IMG/VR virus record: IMGVR_UViG_3300032327_000819
Location: 1 to 34,910 of that record
Length of the DNA: 34,910 nucleotides
Source: a virus
Lineage: Duplodnaviria > Caudoviricetes
Direction: 5' to 3' (one strand)
The notes below the pieces were generated by a model. That model did no database searches. It was not told where the DNA came from and was given only the letters and a program-made list of their open reading frames with translations. Positions 17,016-29,300 of the stretch are shown here, one piece after another. Each line of letters starts with the position of its first letter. Positions within the stretch are counted from its first letter, which is position 1. The position numbers and the translations under genes were made by a program.

Positions 17016-18251
17016 ATGTCAGTAAACAATGAGTTGTTACAACAATTAGAACAAATCTTACATTGGAAAAAAAGTAGAAAGTTTTATGCTGAAAAACTAG
17101 GAGTTACAGAAGAGACTATAGAGGAATTACTAAAAGAGTTAAGAAATAAAGAAAGAGTGAGAGATGATGCTGAGGTGGCAGATTATATTAGTGTTTTAGA
17201 AGAATTAGTGGTGAAGGTGAATAATGAAAAAGGAACAATGGAATCTACAATAGAAAGTTCCTTTGAGCCAAAGAGTGATGTTGAGCTTGCACAATTACAT
17301 AAAATAGATCTTAGCAAATACAAAATATCAAACTATTGGACTAAACAAAAATCTAATGGTAAGTTTACATCTTCTGTATTTGCAGCTCTCAGACAACCAA
17401 AAGACTATACACCAGAAGACTTTGCTAAGTTCCTTGAGAACTATGTTCCTGAGGAAGTGGTGGTTAGAAGTGTTAAGGATGAAGATGGTTTTTTTAAACA
17501 AGTGGATATTGAGGTTTCAATTGCTGATTTCCATTTAGCTAAAAAGACTTTAGAAGGAGAAACAATACAAGATAAGAAGACACAATACCTAACAACATTA
17601 TACGATCTTGTAGATAAGGTAAATTCAGTTTATTGCATTAACAAAATAGTTTTTCCAATATCAAACGATTTCTTTCATACAGATAACTATCAGAACCAAA
17701 CTACAGCTGGTACTCCTCAAGATGTTCTTACAGGATATGATAATGAATATGAAGAAGGGTTTGACCTTCTTGTAACAGCAATATCCTATCTTCAGGAAGT
17801 TGGAACAGAAGTTGAGATAGTTCTTGTACAAGGAAATCACGATAGAACAAAATCATTTTATTTAGCACATGCTCTTGAAGTTTTCTTTAAGAACAACAAT
17901 AAGATTTCTTTTCAAAGAGAGCACTCTGTAACTAAATCTGTAATGTTAGGAAATACATTTATTGGATATCATCATGGTAACTGTAAGATAGATGAACTTC
18001 CTTTATTATTTGCAACTGGTAAAGAGTCTTTTAATTTTGGTGCTGCTAAATATAGAGAAGTGCACACAGGGGACAAGCACCATTACATGGCAAAAGAAAT
18101 AAAAGGTGTAAGAATTCAACAAATGCCTTCCCTATCTGGAACTGATAGATGGCATGCAGATAACAATTATGTTAACAATATAAGGGCAGGAATAGCTCTT
18201 ATTTACGATCCTATGTATGGAAAAATAGGTGAGTTTGAAAGCCGAATATAA
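17016..18251 (+). CDS. Calcineurin-like metallophosphoesterase with N-terminal HTH-like region
   Basis: Motifs IADFH, NDFFHTD, GNHD, YHHG and GDKHH. The N-terminal RKFYAEKLGVTEETIEELL is HTH-like. Confidence 0.85.
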   Translation: MSVNNELLQQLEQILHWKKSRKFYAEKLGVTEETIEELLKELRNKERVRDDAEVADYISVLEELVVKVNNEKGTMESTIESSFEPKSDVELAQLHKIDLSKYKISNYWTKQKSNGKFTSSVFAALRQPKDYTPEDFAKFLENYVPEEVVVRSVKDEDGFFKQVDIEVSIADFHLAKKTLEGETIQDKKTQYLTTLYDLVDKVNSVYCINKIVFPISNDFFHTDNYQNQTTAGTPQDVLTGYDNEYEEGFDLLVTAISYLQEVGTEVEIVLVQGNHDRTKSFYLAHALEVFFKNNNKISFQREHSVTKSVMLGNTFIGYHHGNCKIDELPLLFATGKESFNFGAAKYREVHTGDKHHYMAKEIKGVRIQQMPSLSGTDRWHADNNYVNNIRAGIALIYDPMYGKIGEFESRI

Positions 18252-18252
18252 T

Positions 18253-18981
18253 ATGTCAACATTAAGAAAATTAGTATCAGATGTACGTTCAATGCACAAA
18301 TTATTATCAACAGATAATTTGATAACAGATCGTGTAATTGCATCTGAGATTAAAAACAATGCTCTTTTATTAATTAAGAGAGAAACAAACTTAAGAAAGC
18401 TTTGGGCAACATCAACATTATTTACCACCATTCCTTGTTTAGAGATGGTGGAAGTTTCTATTTCAGAATGTTGTGAATATGTTGATCCTTGTACAATAGC
18501 AAGAAGTAGATTTAAACTTCCAAGAATTTCAGAAGGAAACTATCAATATTTAATACAAGGTGTTTATTCTATAAACATAATGAATGGTATTGGTAAGAAG
18601 TTAAAAGAAATAACAATCAACAGATATGTTAATCTTTTAAAACTTCCAATTATAAAGAATGAAGAATACTATTGGATACAAAATGACTATCTATACATAA
18701 GCAATCCTTTATTAAAAGCTATTAGAATTGCTGCATTGTTTGAAGAAGATGTTCCTAATGAGATAATGTATCCAGAATGTGGATGTGGAACACCAGAAAC
18801 TTCTGATGAAGAATGGTGCAAAAATCCATTAGACAAAGAATACTCCCTCCCTGGATATTTAGAAAAACAAGTTTTAGACCTTGTATCACAAAGAATATTA
18901 GCTACATATTTCAGACTTAAAACAGACCTAACAGAAGATGGTATAGATGGTCAAGCACCTAATGCACCAAATGGAAAATAA
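18253..18981 (+). CDS. Putative tail ring protein (242 aa)
   Basis: ATG at 18253 lies 1 nt after the upstream stop. IPCLEMVEV..ECC, YYWIQNDYLYI and ALFEED..EY.LPGYL are patterns of crAss-like ring proteins preceding the IHF gene. Confidence 0.55.
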   Translation: MSTLRKLVSDVRSMHKLLSTDNLITDRVIASEIKNNALLLIKRETNLRKLWATSTLFTTIPCLEMVEVSISECCEYVDPCTIARSRFKLPRISEGNYQYLIQGVYSINIMNGIGKKLKEITINRYVNLLKLPIIKNEEYYWIQNDYLYISNPLLKAIRIAALFEEDVPNEIMYPECGCGTPETSDEEWCKNPLDKEYSLPGYLEKQVLDLVSQRILATYFRLKTDLTEDGIDGQAPNAPNGK

Positions 18982-19454
18982 TGAGAGTAAAAGTTGATTG
19001 GAGAAGTGCTAGTAGAGAAAATTACAAAAGTTTTTGTAAAAAACATCCGTCTATAAAACTTACGTTTGATGAATGGAGAAATATATTATATTCTTACAAC
19101 GATGCTTTTAAGAATTATATATTAGAAACAGGAGAGAAAGCAAAGCTTCCTTTTGGGTTTGGAGAATTTTCAATAAATAAAAAGAAGAGAAGAAAAAAGA
19201 AAGGACTCAACGATGAGTTTATAAATCTTCCTATTGACTGGCAGAAGACAAAAGAAAAGGGAAAATACATTTACAATTTTAACTATCACACAGAGGGATT
19301 TTTCTTTGGGTGGCTTTGGTTCAAAGAATCAGCAAGACTTAAAAATACCAATCTTTGGTATTTTAAACCTTCAAGAGTTACATCAAGACTTCTGTCACAT
19401 TACATTAAGACAGATGAAAAATATCAGCACATCTATTGTGAATGGAAAAAATAA
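18981..19454 (+). CDS. crAss-like IHF/HU-fold protein of the tail module
   Basis: LETGEKAKLPFGFGEFSINKKK...IDWQKTK...IYNFNYHTEG...YFKPSR. The protein is very basic and sits in the conserved position before the tail tubular gene. Confidence 0.75.
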   Translation: MRVKVDWRSASRENYKSFCKKHPSIKLTFDEWRNILYSYNDAFKNYILETGEKAKLPFGFGEFSINKKKRRKKKGLNDEFINLPIDWQKTKEKGKYIYNFNYHTEGFFFGWLWFKESARLKNTNLWYFKPSRVTSRLLSHYIKTDEKYQHIYCEWKK

Positions 19455-19469
19455 TTTAAAACATTAATC

Positions 19470-20393
19470 ATGAGCTACTATTACAAATATAATTTCATTT
19501 CTCCTGATCCTGTATATGCTACAGTGAAGGAAGAGCTTAAAAGCTATTTTGATACAGGAGCTGTAGATGATCTTTTGTTTCCAACATATTTAGACAAATG
19601 TCTAAAAAAGCTTGGAAGAACAACATATGTAATCTCTGAAACTATTCTTCATATAGAAGATTTTGAAGCAAGACTTCCTGATAACTTTTTTGCTGTAAGG
19701 GAAGCTTGGCTTTGTACATCTGTTAATGGTTATCCTTACCAAAACGCAAATTCATTTTATTCTCAAGCAGCCACACAGTCTACAATTCAAGTTTCTCCTG
19801 TAACTGTTGGTGGTCAACTGTGTTCACGTTGTAATCAATCAGGATGTGCAGGAGACTGTATGCCTGAATTAATTCAAGCTGTATACAAAACAAATAATGA
19901 ACATTCTATTTCTTATACAAGACAATATTTATTAAAACCAGGAAACATTTCTGTAAAAGCAAATTGCACATTAGATTGTGCAAATTTAGGATCTTCTGCA
20001 GCAGATTCGTTTGACATTAGAGATAACAAGTTTGTTACAAACTTTAGAAGAGGTACGGTTAATTTAATATTTTACGCTACAGAATATGATGAAATAGGAA
20101 ATCAAATGATTCCTGATAACTATCGTATAAGAGAATATGTTGAGGCTTTTATTAAATACAAAATATTTGAAATGTTGTCTAATCAGTTAACTGATGAAAC
20201 GTTTCAACAAATACAATCAAAACTTGTATATTATAAACAACTTTCTGAAGAGGCATTTATAATGGCAGATATTGAAATCAAAAAACAAACTGCTTGGGAT
20301 AAACAGAGAAGAATAAAGAATGACTTGAACAGAAACAATATGTACGAATTACCAAATAGAACAAACCGATATGGCTGGAGACGTAACAACTAA
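19470..20393 (+). CDS. Tail tubular/ring protein (P22 gp4-like position)
   Basis: A.LP.NF...F.I.DN.F.TNF..G.V.L.FYA...DE.G..MIPDN..I.E.V pattern, located between the IHF-like and muzzle genes. Confidence 0.65.
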   Translation: MSYYYKYNFISPDPVYATVKEELKSYFDTGAVDDLLFPTYLDKCLKKLGRTTYVISETILHIEDFEARLPDNFFAVREAWLCTSVNGYPYQNANSFYSQAATQSTIQVSPVTVGGQLCSRCNQSGCAGDCMPELIQAVYKTNNEHSISYTRQYLLKPGNISVKANCTLDCANLGSSAADSFDIRDNKFVTNFRRGTVNLIFYATEYDEIGNQMIPDNYRIREYVEAFIKYKIFEMLSNQLTDETFQQIQSKLVYYKQLSEEAFIMADIEIKKQTAWDKQRRIKNDLNRNNMYELPNRTNRYGWRRNN

Positions 20394-23300
20394 TCAAAGT
20401 AATATTACCGTTGAGCAAAATGCTGGTAGAACTGGTATGAACATGGACCAATCTGTAACACAGATTGCAAAAGGAACATTATCATACGCTCTCAATGCTG
20501 CTCTAGAAAACTACGATGCTAATTCTGTAAACTACCAGAATGAACCAGGCAATGAGTTTTGTTTAAACTTTCCTAGTGGATATGTTCTAATTGGTGAACA
20601 TTTCATTAACGAACAAGGTAAACATATATTCTTCTTAGTAAATCCTTCTACAGGAAGTTCTGAGATTGGATATATGGATAATAATGATTGTGTTTATAGA
20701 ACGTACATAAATGCAGATTGTTTAAATTTTAATATTGACAATCCTATTCATAAAGCTGTACATAAGATTACAAGTTGTACAACAGAAGTTTATTGGACAG
20801 ATGGGATTAATCCAAGAAGATTTCTTGATCTTACAAATCTTCCATATAAAACTACTCCTGGAACAGATGTTTGTGATAACCAAACTATTCCTGAGGTAGA
20901 TTGTAATAAAATAAACATACAGCCAAACTTTAGTATTCCTCAATTAGAAGTTGTTAGAATTGAAACTGGTGGAAGTCTTATCGCTGGTACATATCAATTT
21001 GCTATACAATATTGTGATTCTGCAGGAGGTGCTTTCACTTCCTATTATTCTGTAACAAATCCTACACCAATAGCTAATACACAAATTACCACTCCAAACT
21101 TTAATTATGAAGTGGGAAAGTCTATTATATTAAACATTAAAAATATTGATGTTACAGGGTATTATGAATATTTTAATCTTGCTGTAATAAAAACAGTGAA
21201 TGCTATTTCGTCTGTAGAACTTGTAGGAACATATTTTATAGATAGAAGTGAGAAAGAAATTACATACACAGGTCAAAATCAAACACAAATAAGATTGGCT
21301 TTGGATGATGTATTGGAAAAGTTTCCAACATATGAAATTGCACAAGATCTTACAGCAGCACAGGATGTTCTTATTTGGGACAACCTAACTTCTGTTGATA
21401 GAATCAACTATCAACAAATTGCAAATAGAATAACTCTTCTTTGGGAAACTTGGAGAATTCCTTCTGATGAAAATTATTCCAACGAAGAGAATGCTACAAA
21501 CCTTCGTGGGTATTTGCGTGATGAAGTTTATGCATTTGAAATTGTTTTCCTCCTAAGGAATGGTAAACAAACAGATGGATTTCATATTCCAGGAAGAATG
21601 AGAAATGCAAATGATTCTCTTCCTGATGTTTCAGAATTTTCTTCTGATTTCGTAGGTGCTCCATCATACTATCAAGGTGGTGTTGGATATAGCCCTTATT
21701 GGAAAATATACAATACAGGAAGTGTTATTGGAGACTCTGAAGGAAAATCATATGCTACAGATTACAAAGGACCTTGGGAATATGGACAGTTTGCCTATTG
21801 GGAATCAACAGAGCTCTATCCTTGTAATGAAAATGTTTGGGGAGAATTAGCAAATCAACCAATAAGACATCACAAATTTCCAGACGTAAGAGTTTCTCCA
21901 ATATTTGAAAACCCAACAATAACATATTCAGCAACAGGAAGAATACTTCCTGTAATGATGGATGATGCTGTTTTTCCAATTGGTGTAAGAGTTAATACAT
22001 CTGACATAACACAAATCATATTCCAATCTAATTTAACACAAGAACAGAAAGAAAACATTGTAGGATATAAGATTGTAAGAGGTGACAGAAGCACAAATAG
22101 GTCTATTGTTGCTAAAGGAATGTTGAGAAATGTTGGTAAATACACAAGAGAAGAAACAGAATACTACTATCCAAACTATCCATACAATGATATAAAAGCT
22201 GACCCATTTATTCAAAAAGATAGCAACGCTTTCTATGAAGGATGTGAAGCATACAGAATTGATGCAACAAGTGATGGAGAAATAGAATATACAAACTGTA
22301 TTACAGGAGATGTTTCCACTGAAAAAATCTTTGGAGGAAATTCTTTAGAAATATGTTCTCTATCAATGCCAAAACTACTTGGTACAGCAACAGCATCTTT
22401 TGTAGGACTTGCTAATTATACAATTTATGAAATTGTAAATCGTAACTTTTCTTCAGGTGGAAGTTATACTTTTACAGATCCTCGTACACCAGATCAAACA
22501 TCACTTCTTTTTATTAGGGCATATGGAACTCCTGGAAATTACACTTATCCAGAATATAGATGTCCTACAGCCATCCCTTTTCAAGATAAGGCTTGTAATA
22601 TAAAATCTATAACTAAACCACAGCCTCTAAATGGTCCAAACATGATTGTTAGAGAGACTGGTGTATCAACCTCTTCTAAGATTTGTAATTCGAGCATAAC
22701 AAATCCTTTAGAGGGATTTGATGAAGATGCAAAATATAGATATGTATTTAATTCTCCTGAAACATCTTTTGGACAACCGTTCTTAGGAAACATATTGAAG
22801 TTAGAAAGTGTAATGTTTGGTGGTGGTAAGGCACACTTTGTAGAGGTGAAAGATAATGCAAATTATAAACTTGTCACTAAGGAGGCTCAAGAGGATGCTT
22901 TACAAGCAGCAGTGAATGTAGGAAGTATAACAGGAACTGGTACAGACTTTAATGCATCAGCAATGTTTGCTGCCTACCAAGCCTATCTTACAATATATGT
23001 AAACGGTATTACAAGAAAAAACTATGCAAAATCATTCAACTCAATAGCTAGTTATGATTATGCTTTTAATATTGATAATGGAATAGGAATAAAACAAAGA
23101 CCCCTAGACCTTAAAAGTTATTTGATTCCTGGAGTTCAGTCTGTTGGTGAAACTAATAATATTCCTGTAAACAACTGGCAAAGAGAATCTTCTGTATATT
23201 TAAGAACAGATGTTAACAAACCACCTCTACCATATGCTGAGGATACACCAAGTTTAATATTTGGAGGTGCTAAATCTATTTCAGATGACTCTAGATTTGT

Positions 23301-26300
23301 AGCATCTGATAAACCTGATGGATGTCAAACTCCAGAGAAACAGCAAGATATATCAGTAGTTTCCTACTATGGATCAATGAAGAATGCTTTTGTTAACCAA
23401 TGGGGACAAATATATTCTTACGACACAATTGATACAGGATTCCAAAGACAAATTATTTTCTCAACTACAACCATCCCTGCTTCACAATCTAACACAGTTT
23501 TTGGTGGAGATACATTCATCACTAGATTTGCATACAAGACAAAACTTCCTTTCTTTATAGATAATAGAGTGGGTGCTCCTGATGATTCAGATATATTCTA
23601 TGATGAGATTGGAAACATTGCCTATCCTAGATATTGGCACTCTGCAAGATCTGTTTTGAGCAATGGTCAGAACATACCAACAAACCCATCAATTCTTCCA
23701 AACTTTATTTCTTATAAAGCACATAATTTTGATTGCCCTAACAATCAAGAACCATTTAACAACAATCCAAATAGAACTTATTATAATGGATATTTCTATT
23801 TGTTTGCATACGGTGTTCCTAACTTCTATTGTGAAACATCTTATAACGTAGATCTTAGACAAGCATTTAATAACAAAGAAGGAGATTTCTGGCCTCATGT
23901 AAGTACAAGCATTCCAGACGATTGGTTACAAGAAAGCTTTGTTACAATTGCTCAAGACAATACATACTATTACAATACAACATTCTCTAAACAGAACAAA
24001 GAAAACTATTTCTCACATCTTCCTGTAGATTGGGAAGAGTCTTTGTGTAATACATATTTTCCTTTTAGAGCTATTTATTCTGATGTTCAATCAACATATT
24101 CAAACGATGCTACAAATAATTGGTTAATATATCGCCCAGTTTCATTCTATGATTTTCCTCAAAATTATGGAAACTTAACATCCTTGGATGGTATTCAAAA
24201 TAAATCTATTCTTGCAAGATTTGAAAACAAAACATTATTGTATAACAGTCTTCTTACGATTGATACAAGTAATCCAAAAGCTGCATACATAGGAAACGAT
24301 AAACTATTTGCAGGATCTCCTCCAATAGATTTTGCTGAAACAGATCTTGGATATGTTGGTTCTCAAAACAAAATGCTTTTAAAAATTCCTCAAGGACAGA
24401 TTACAGCAGATGCTAAAAGAGGTCAGATATTTTTATTAGCTGGTGATGGAGTTAAAGATCTTTCAGCATTTGGTTCTGGAATGAATAGATTCTTTACAGA
24501 CCATTTAGCATTTGAAATCTTAAGATATTTTCCTGATGTAAATACAGATAACCATTTCAATGGTGTTGGACTGCATGGTGTATACGATAGTAAGTATGAT
24601 CGTGTTATTATATCAAAACTTGATTACATTCCTCTTTCATCAAATGTTAAATATGATGCCACTACAAATGATTTTTATGTAGAAGAAAACTTAGGAGGAA
24701 ATATAATAAGATCGGTTGTCTATCTTACAGATTCAGAATATTTCTGTAATAAGTCTTGGACGCTTTCTTTTAACATGAATACAAATAGTTGGGTGTCATT
24801 CCATAGCTATATTCCCAACTTCTACATAGCTGAGAATAATTTCTTCTATTCAGGATTAAATGAAAGCTGTGATCTTGAAGCAATTGCTGCTGAAGAAATT
24901 CCTTACACCACTTCTACAACAACAAGTAGTTCAACTTCTACAACCACTTCTACAAGCACAACAGCAAACCCATATAATTGTGAACTTGTTGCTGGTCCAA
25001 TATCATTGTACAATTGTACAATTGTTCCAGGAAGTGCACTAAGACCTGCTACAACAACCACAACAACAAGTTCTACAACAAGTACAACAACAACAATTTG
25101 TCCAACTTGTAGTACATATTATGTTGTAAACAATACAAATGGTGAAAGCCTTATAAATTGGACAAGTTGCCTTGGTACAACAGAACAAATTACATTTGCT
25201 CCATTCCAAGCAGTTCATTTATGTTCTTGTTCAGAACCAGCTCCTGTTCCAGGATTTTTAATTGAACTAACAGTTAGTGGAGACTGTATCACTTGTTTCT
25301 GTTATACATTTACAAATACAACAGCTACAGCTCAAACTATTATTTGGGCAGACTGTGATGGTTTTTCTTTGAGTGCAACAGTAGAAGCAGGAAGACAATA
25401 TTGTGTGTGTGCTATAGAAGGCTCATGCTCTGCTCCTGCAGGAGTGACAATTGTTGGTGGAACAGCTCCTTGCTCTTTAAATAATGAGTGTGGAATTCCT
25501 TTAATTCCAGCAAGTGTTACAGAAACATTAATTGCTGATTGTCCAGATAGAATATATGAATTTGCAGTTCCAGAACTTCCTATTGGTGCAGCAAGTGTTT
25601 CTTGGGTGGTTGCTCCAGGAATGTTAATAATTTCTCAAACAGAATTAACAATAACTGTAGCAGCACCTTATGATGGAACAGTTGGTGCTATTCTTGTATA
25701 TGGAGTGAATGATTGTGGTCCAGGTGGATCATTCTCTTATAGCTTCTCAATTCCAAGTTGTCCAACCACTACAACAACAAGCACAACACAATCTCCTGAT
25801 TGTTATTGTTGGACAGCTGTTAGTAATGAAGCCTACACTATATTTTGGACAAACTGTTCAGGTGTTGCAGAATCACACACTATGGCAGAACAAATCTATC
25901 AATTCTGTGCCTTAGATGGAACACCAGTTACACATTCCTCAGGAACACTTCCAATATCAATCACTGGAGGTGCTGACCTTTGTATTGCTAATGTTTGTCC
26001 AGCAACTACAACTACCACCACTACAATAATTGTTGACCTTTGTGCTCCATTGTTTACAAACACTACAGATGTATTCAGTTATGATGTTACAACAAATGTA
26101 AGTAGAACATTAGTTGTTCCAACGTTTCCTACAATAGCTAACACTGTAAACAACTTAGCACATACAGCTAATAAACTTTGGACTATTGCAAATGACATCA
26201 ATACAGGAATTCCTGTAATATACGAATGGGATATTACACTATCTCCATTCACAGCTGTTTTAAATAGAACAGTGAATCTTCCTGTAGGATTTACAAATGC

Positions 26301-29300
26301 ACCAGGACTTATAGCAATTTCTGATACACTATTAACTGCAATCGATACATCAAGAGTTCCTAGTAAGGTGGTTGAGCTTGATGTTACAGGTGCTACAGCA
26401 GTTATGACAGATCTTTTTGATTTTCCTATAGATAGAACTTTGGTTGGTGATTTTGTACTAACCACTACAAACAAACTTATATTAAACACTACAGATGGTT
26501 TAGCTATTCCAAACTATTACATTTGTCAGATTGATTACACTACAGGAAACGTTGAATTAAACCTTAACATACTATCATCTGTTGGACAGTTTATTTCAGG
26601 AATATACGAAGAGTCTTCAAACGTCTATCTTGTTACAAATGTTCTTCCTGGATATATTTATAGAATTGATACAAGTGTTCCATACAATTTAACTCTTGCA
26701 CAAACTTCAGGACAAATATTTACAAGCTCTTCTCAAGTTTTAAGTTGTAACACAGAACAGTTTATTACAACCACCACTACAAGTAGTACATCAACAAGCA
26801 CCACCACTACAACAAGTAGCACATCTACCACCACTACAACAACAACAATAAATTATACAAAGTGTGCTGAGTGTGGTCCAACATTAAACGATGTTACAAA
26901 TGATGCAATTGGATTATTGAGTGTAGGAAACATGACAACAGGATTAGATGTTGATTGTACTCTTGGTAATTATGCAATAGATTGGTATCTTGATAGCACA
27001 TCCAATCCTATACAGTTCACTTCTGGTAATGCAACTAACACAGATCCAATTATACAGCAATTCCATCCATTCACAGGAAACAGTGCTCTTCCATCAGTGG
27101 GAGGAACTTGGATCCCTGTAATAAGATATGTCTTCCTGGGAGGAATTAAATACACCCCTACACCAACACCTGGTGCATTATTAGCTACAGATCTTGCACA
27201 ATGTCTGCTACCAGTCACTGTACAAAATCCAAATTGTGATAATGGTAATAATACAAACACTTCTCTTTCTCAATATTCACATAGTTTTTCATATAGAAAC
27301 AGTAAACAAAGTGCAGCGTTTGCTAATAAAACACTTTCATTTATATTAAACTCTGATGGATCTACAAAATACTTCCCATGGTATTTTGCAGGATATACAG
27401 TTTCTGATAGAATTACATTTACGTATGTTAGTCCTATAAACAACACAGCAGTGGTGTTACAAGACTTTGCTGTTGGGGGTAATGTTGGCTCAAGTAATTT
27501 CAATCTTGTTCCAAAAAGAGTGTCAGATACTTTCTATAAAGGACTAATAAATCTTACAGGAATAACATATGCATTAGGTGATTATATTTTAATAAATGTA
27601 GCATCAAACTTTATTCAAGCACAAACAACAAATACAGACTGGGATCTTTATTTCAAATGTCTCCCAACATTCGATCCTACATGGAGAGTTGCTGAAATGG
27701 ATCTTTGTGCTCCTACATTAGTTTATAATTCTGGAACTTGTCAATACAAGTCCACTTACAGTTTTATAAACTACGATGATAACACTACATCGGACATTGT
27801 TAAATATTTAGCAACAAAAATTGCAAATGGAGCAGCCACCTATCCAAGTACATCTTCTCCAACTTCTATATCAAACATTTCTTTTGGTGTAGATTCTTGT
27901 AGTTACGGTGGTGTAAATTCATTTCAATATAATGTAAGTTGTATACCTGCTGCTGGAAACATAAATATAACTAAAGCAGCAGGTGCAAATTACACTGTAG
28001 TTTATGATGTACAGTCTGATTATAATAAGTTTAAAACAGATTATACAAACGCATATAATTTCTTGAACGATGGTTCTTATGTAAACGATCCTTCAAACAT
28101 TAACTATTATAGATTTCTTCAATTCAATTATACAAAACAAGCAAATGATAATTGCGGTGACACTGTAATAGCATATAGAACAACTGTTATACATTTTGCC
28201 ACTCTTGTGTTTTTTAATGATCTTACTAGAACAGTGACATTCACAGCAACAACTGTAGACATTGCACAATTCTATGCAACTCTTGGACCTTGTCCAGGTA
28301 CAGGAAATACAGCTTGTAATAGTTTGGCATTAGCTGCTGCTTCTAATAGTAGTGCAAGTGGTAGTACATTTGTGCTAACTACAGCAACAGACACTGTTTA
28401 TTCTGTATTTGGTGCAAGGTATGAAAAGACTTTTGTAAGCAATACATCTGTACAATCTTATGCAGGATATGTTTATTATGAACCTTTCTATCCAAGTCTC
28501 ATGGTTCCTCTTAATAACAATTGGAATTTGTATACACAAAATATAAATGTTAGAAAGTCACAATATTTTGATTTTTATAATACAACAACCATCACTAATT
28601 TAGCAAGTCCTTCTGATAATTTTATAATAGAAAGCATATTGAGTGCTGGTGGTGTTGCAGCTTCTGCAAACAATCATTTGATATATGAACAAGTGGGTGG
28701 AACAATCTTCCTACCTGATACATGTGTTTCTACAACCACTACAACAAATCCTTATGCAGCATGTTTGAATGTCAATCCAAACTTTGATACAAGTCTTGCT
28801 GGATGGGAAGTTAGTAATTGGGCATGGAGTCCTAATTATGGTGGAACAGCTGTAATGATTGGACCAGATGATCTTAATTACATAAGACAAAATATATTAA
28901 CAATTGGTCAAACATATAGAATTACATTTGACTATTATTTCAGTGGAAATGGTAACAACGGAAACACATTTAATATTGAAACCTTCGCAGGAACAACAAG
29001 TTCTGGACAATTATTAAATACAAATGGTGTTCACTTTGCAGATGTAACTCTCACATGTACAGGAAGTACATATTTTACAATTGGTGGATATAGTAATGCT
29101 GGTATAGCAGACCCCACTGTATTGTTTGTAGATAATGTATGTATTGTTGAAACTGCTCCTCCTCCTCCATTAACAATAAGGATACAAACATCAATTGATA
29201 CCACTGTAACTTATTCATTTGCAAATTCATATCCTCCAGTTTCAAATTTTGAAATGTATGTTGATTGGGGAGATGGTTCTCCAATAGAAACATTTACTGG

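Noticed and set aside
24907-26847. CRISPR array or DNA microsatellite in the ACA-rich tracts
   Set aside because: There are no fixed repeats with spacers. The tracts are in-frame Thr/Ser codons with mixed synonymous usage.
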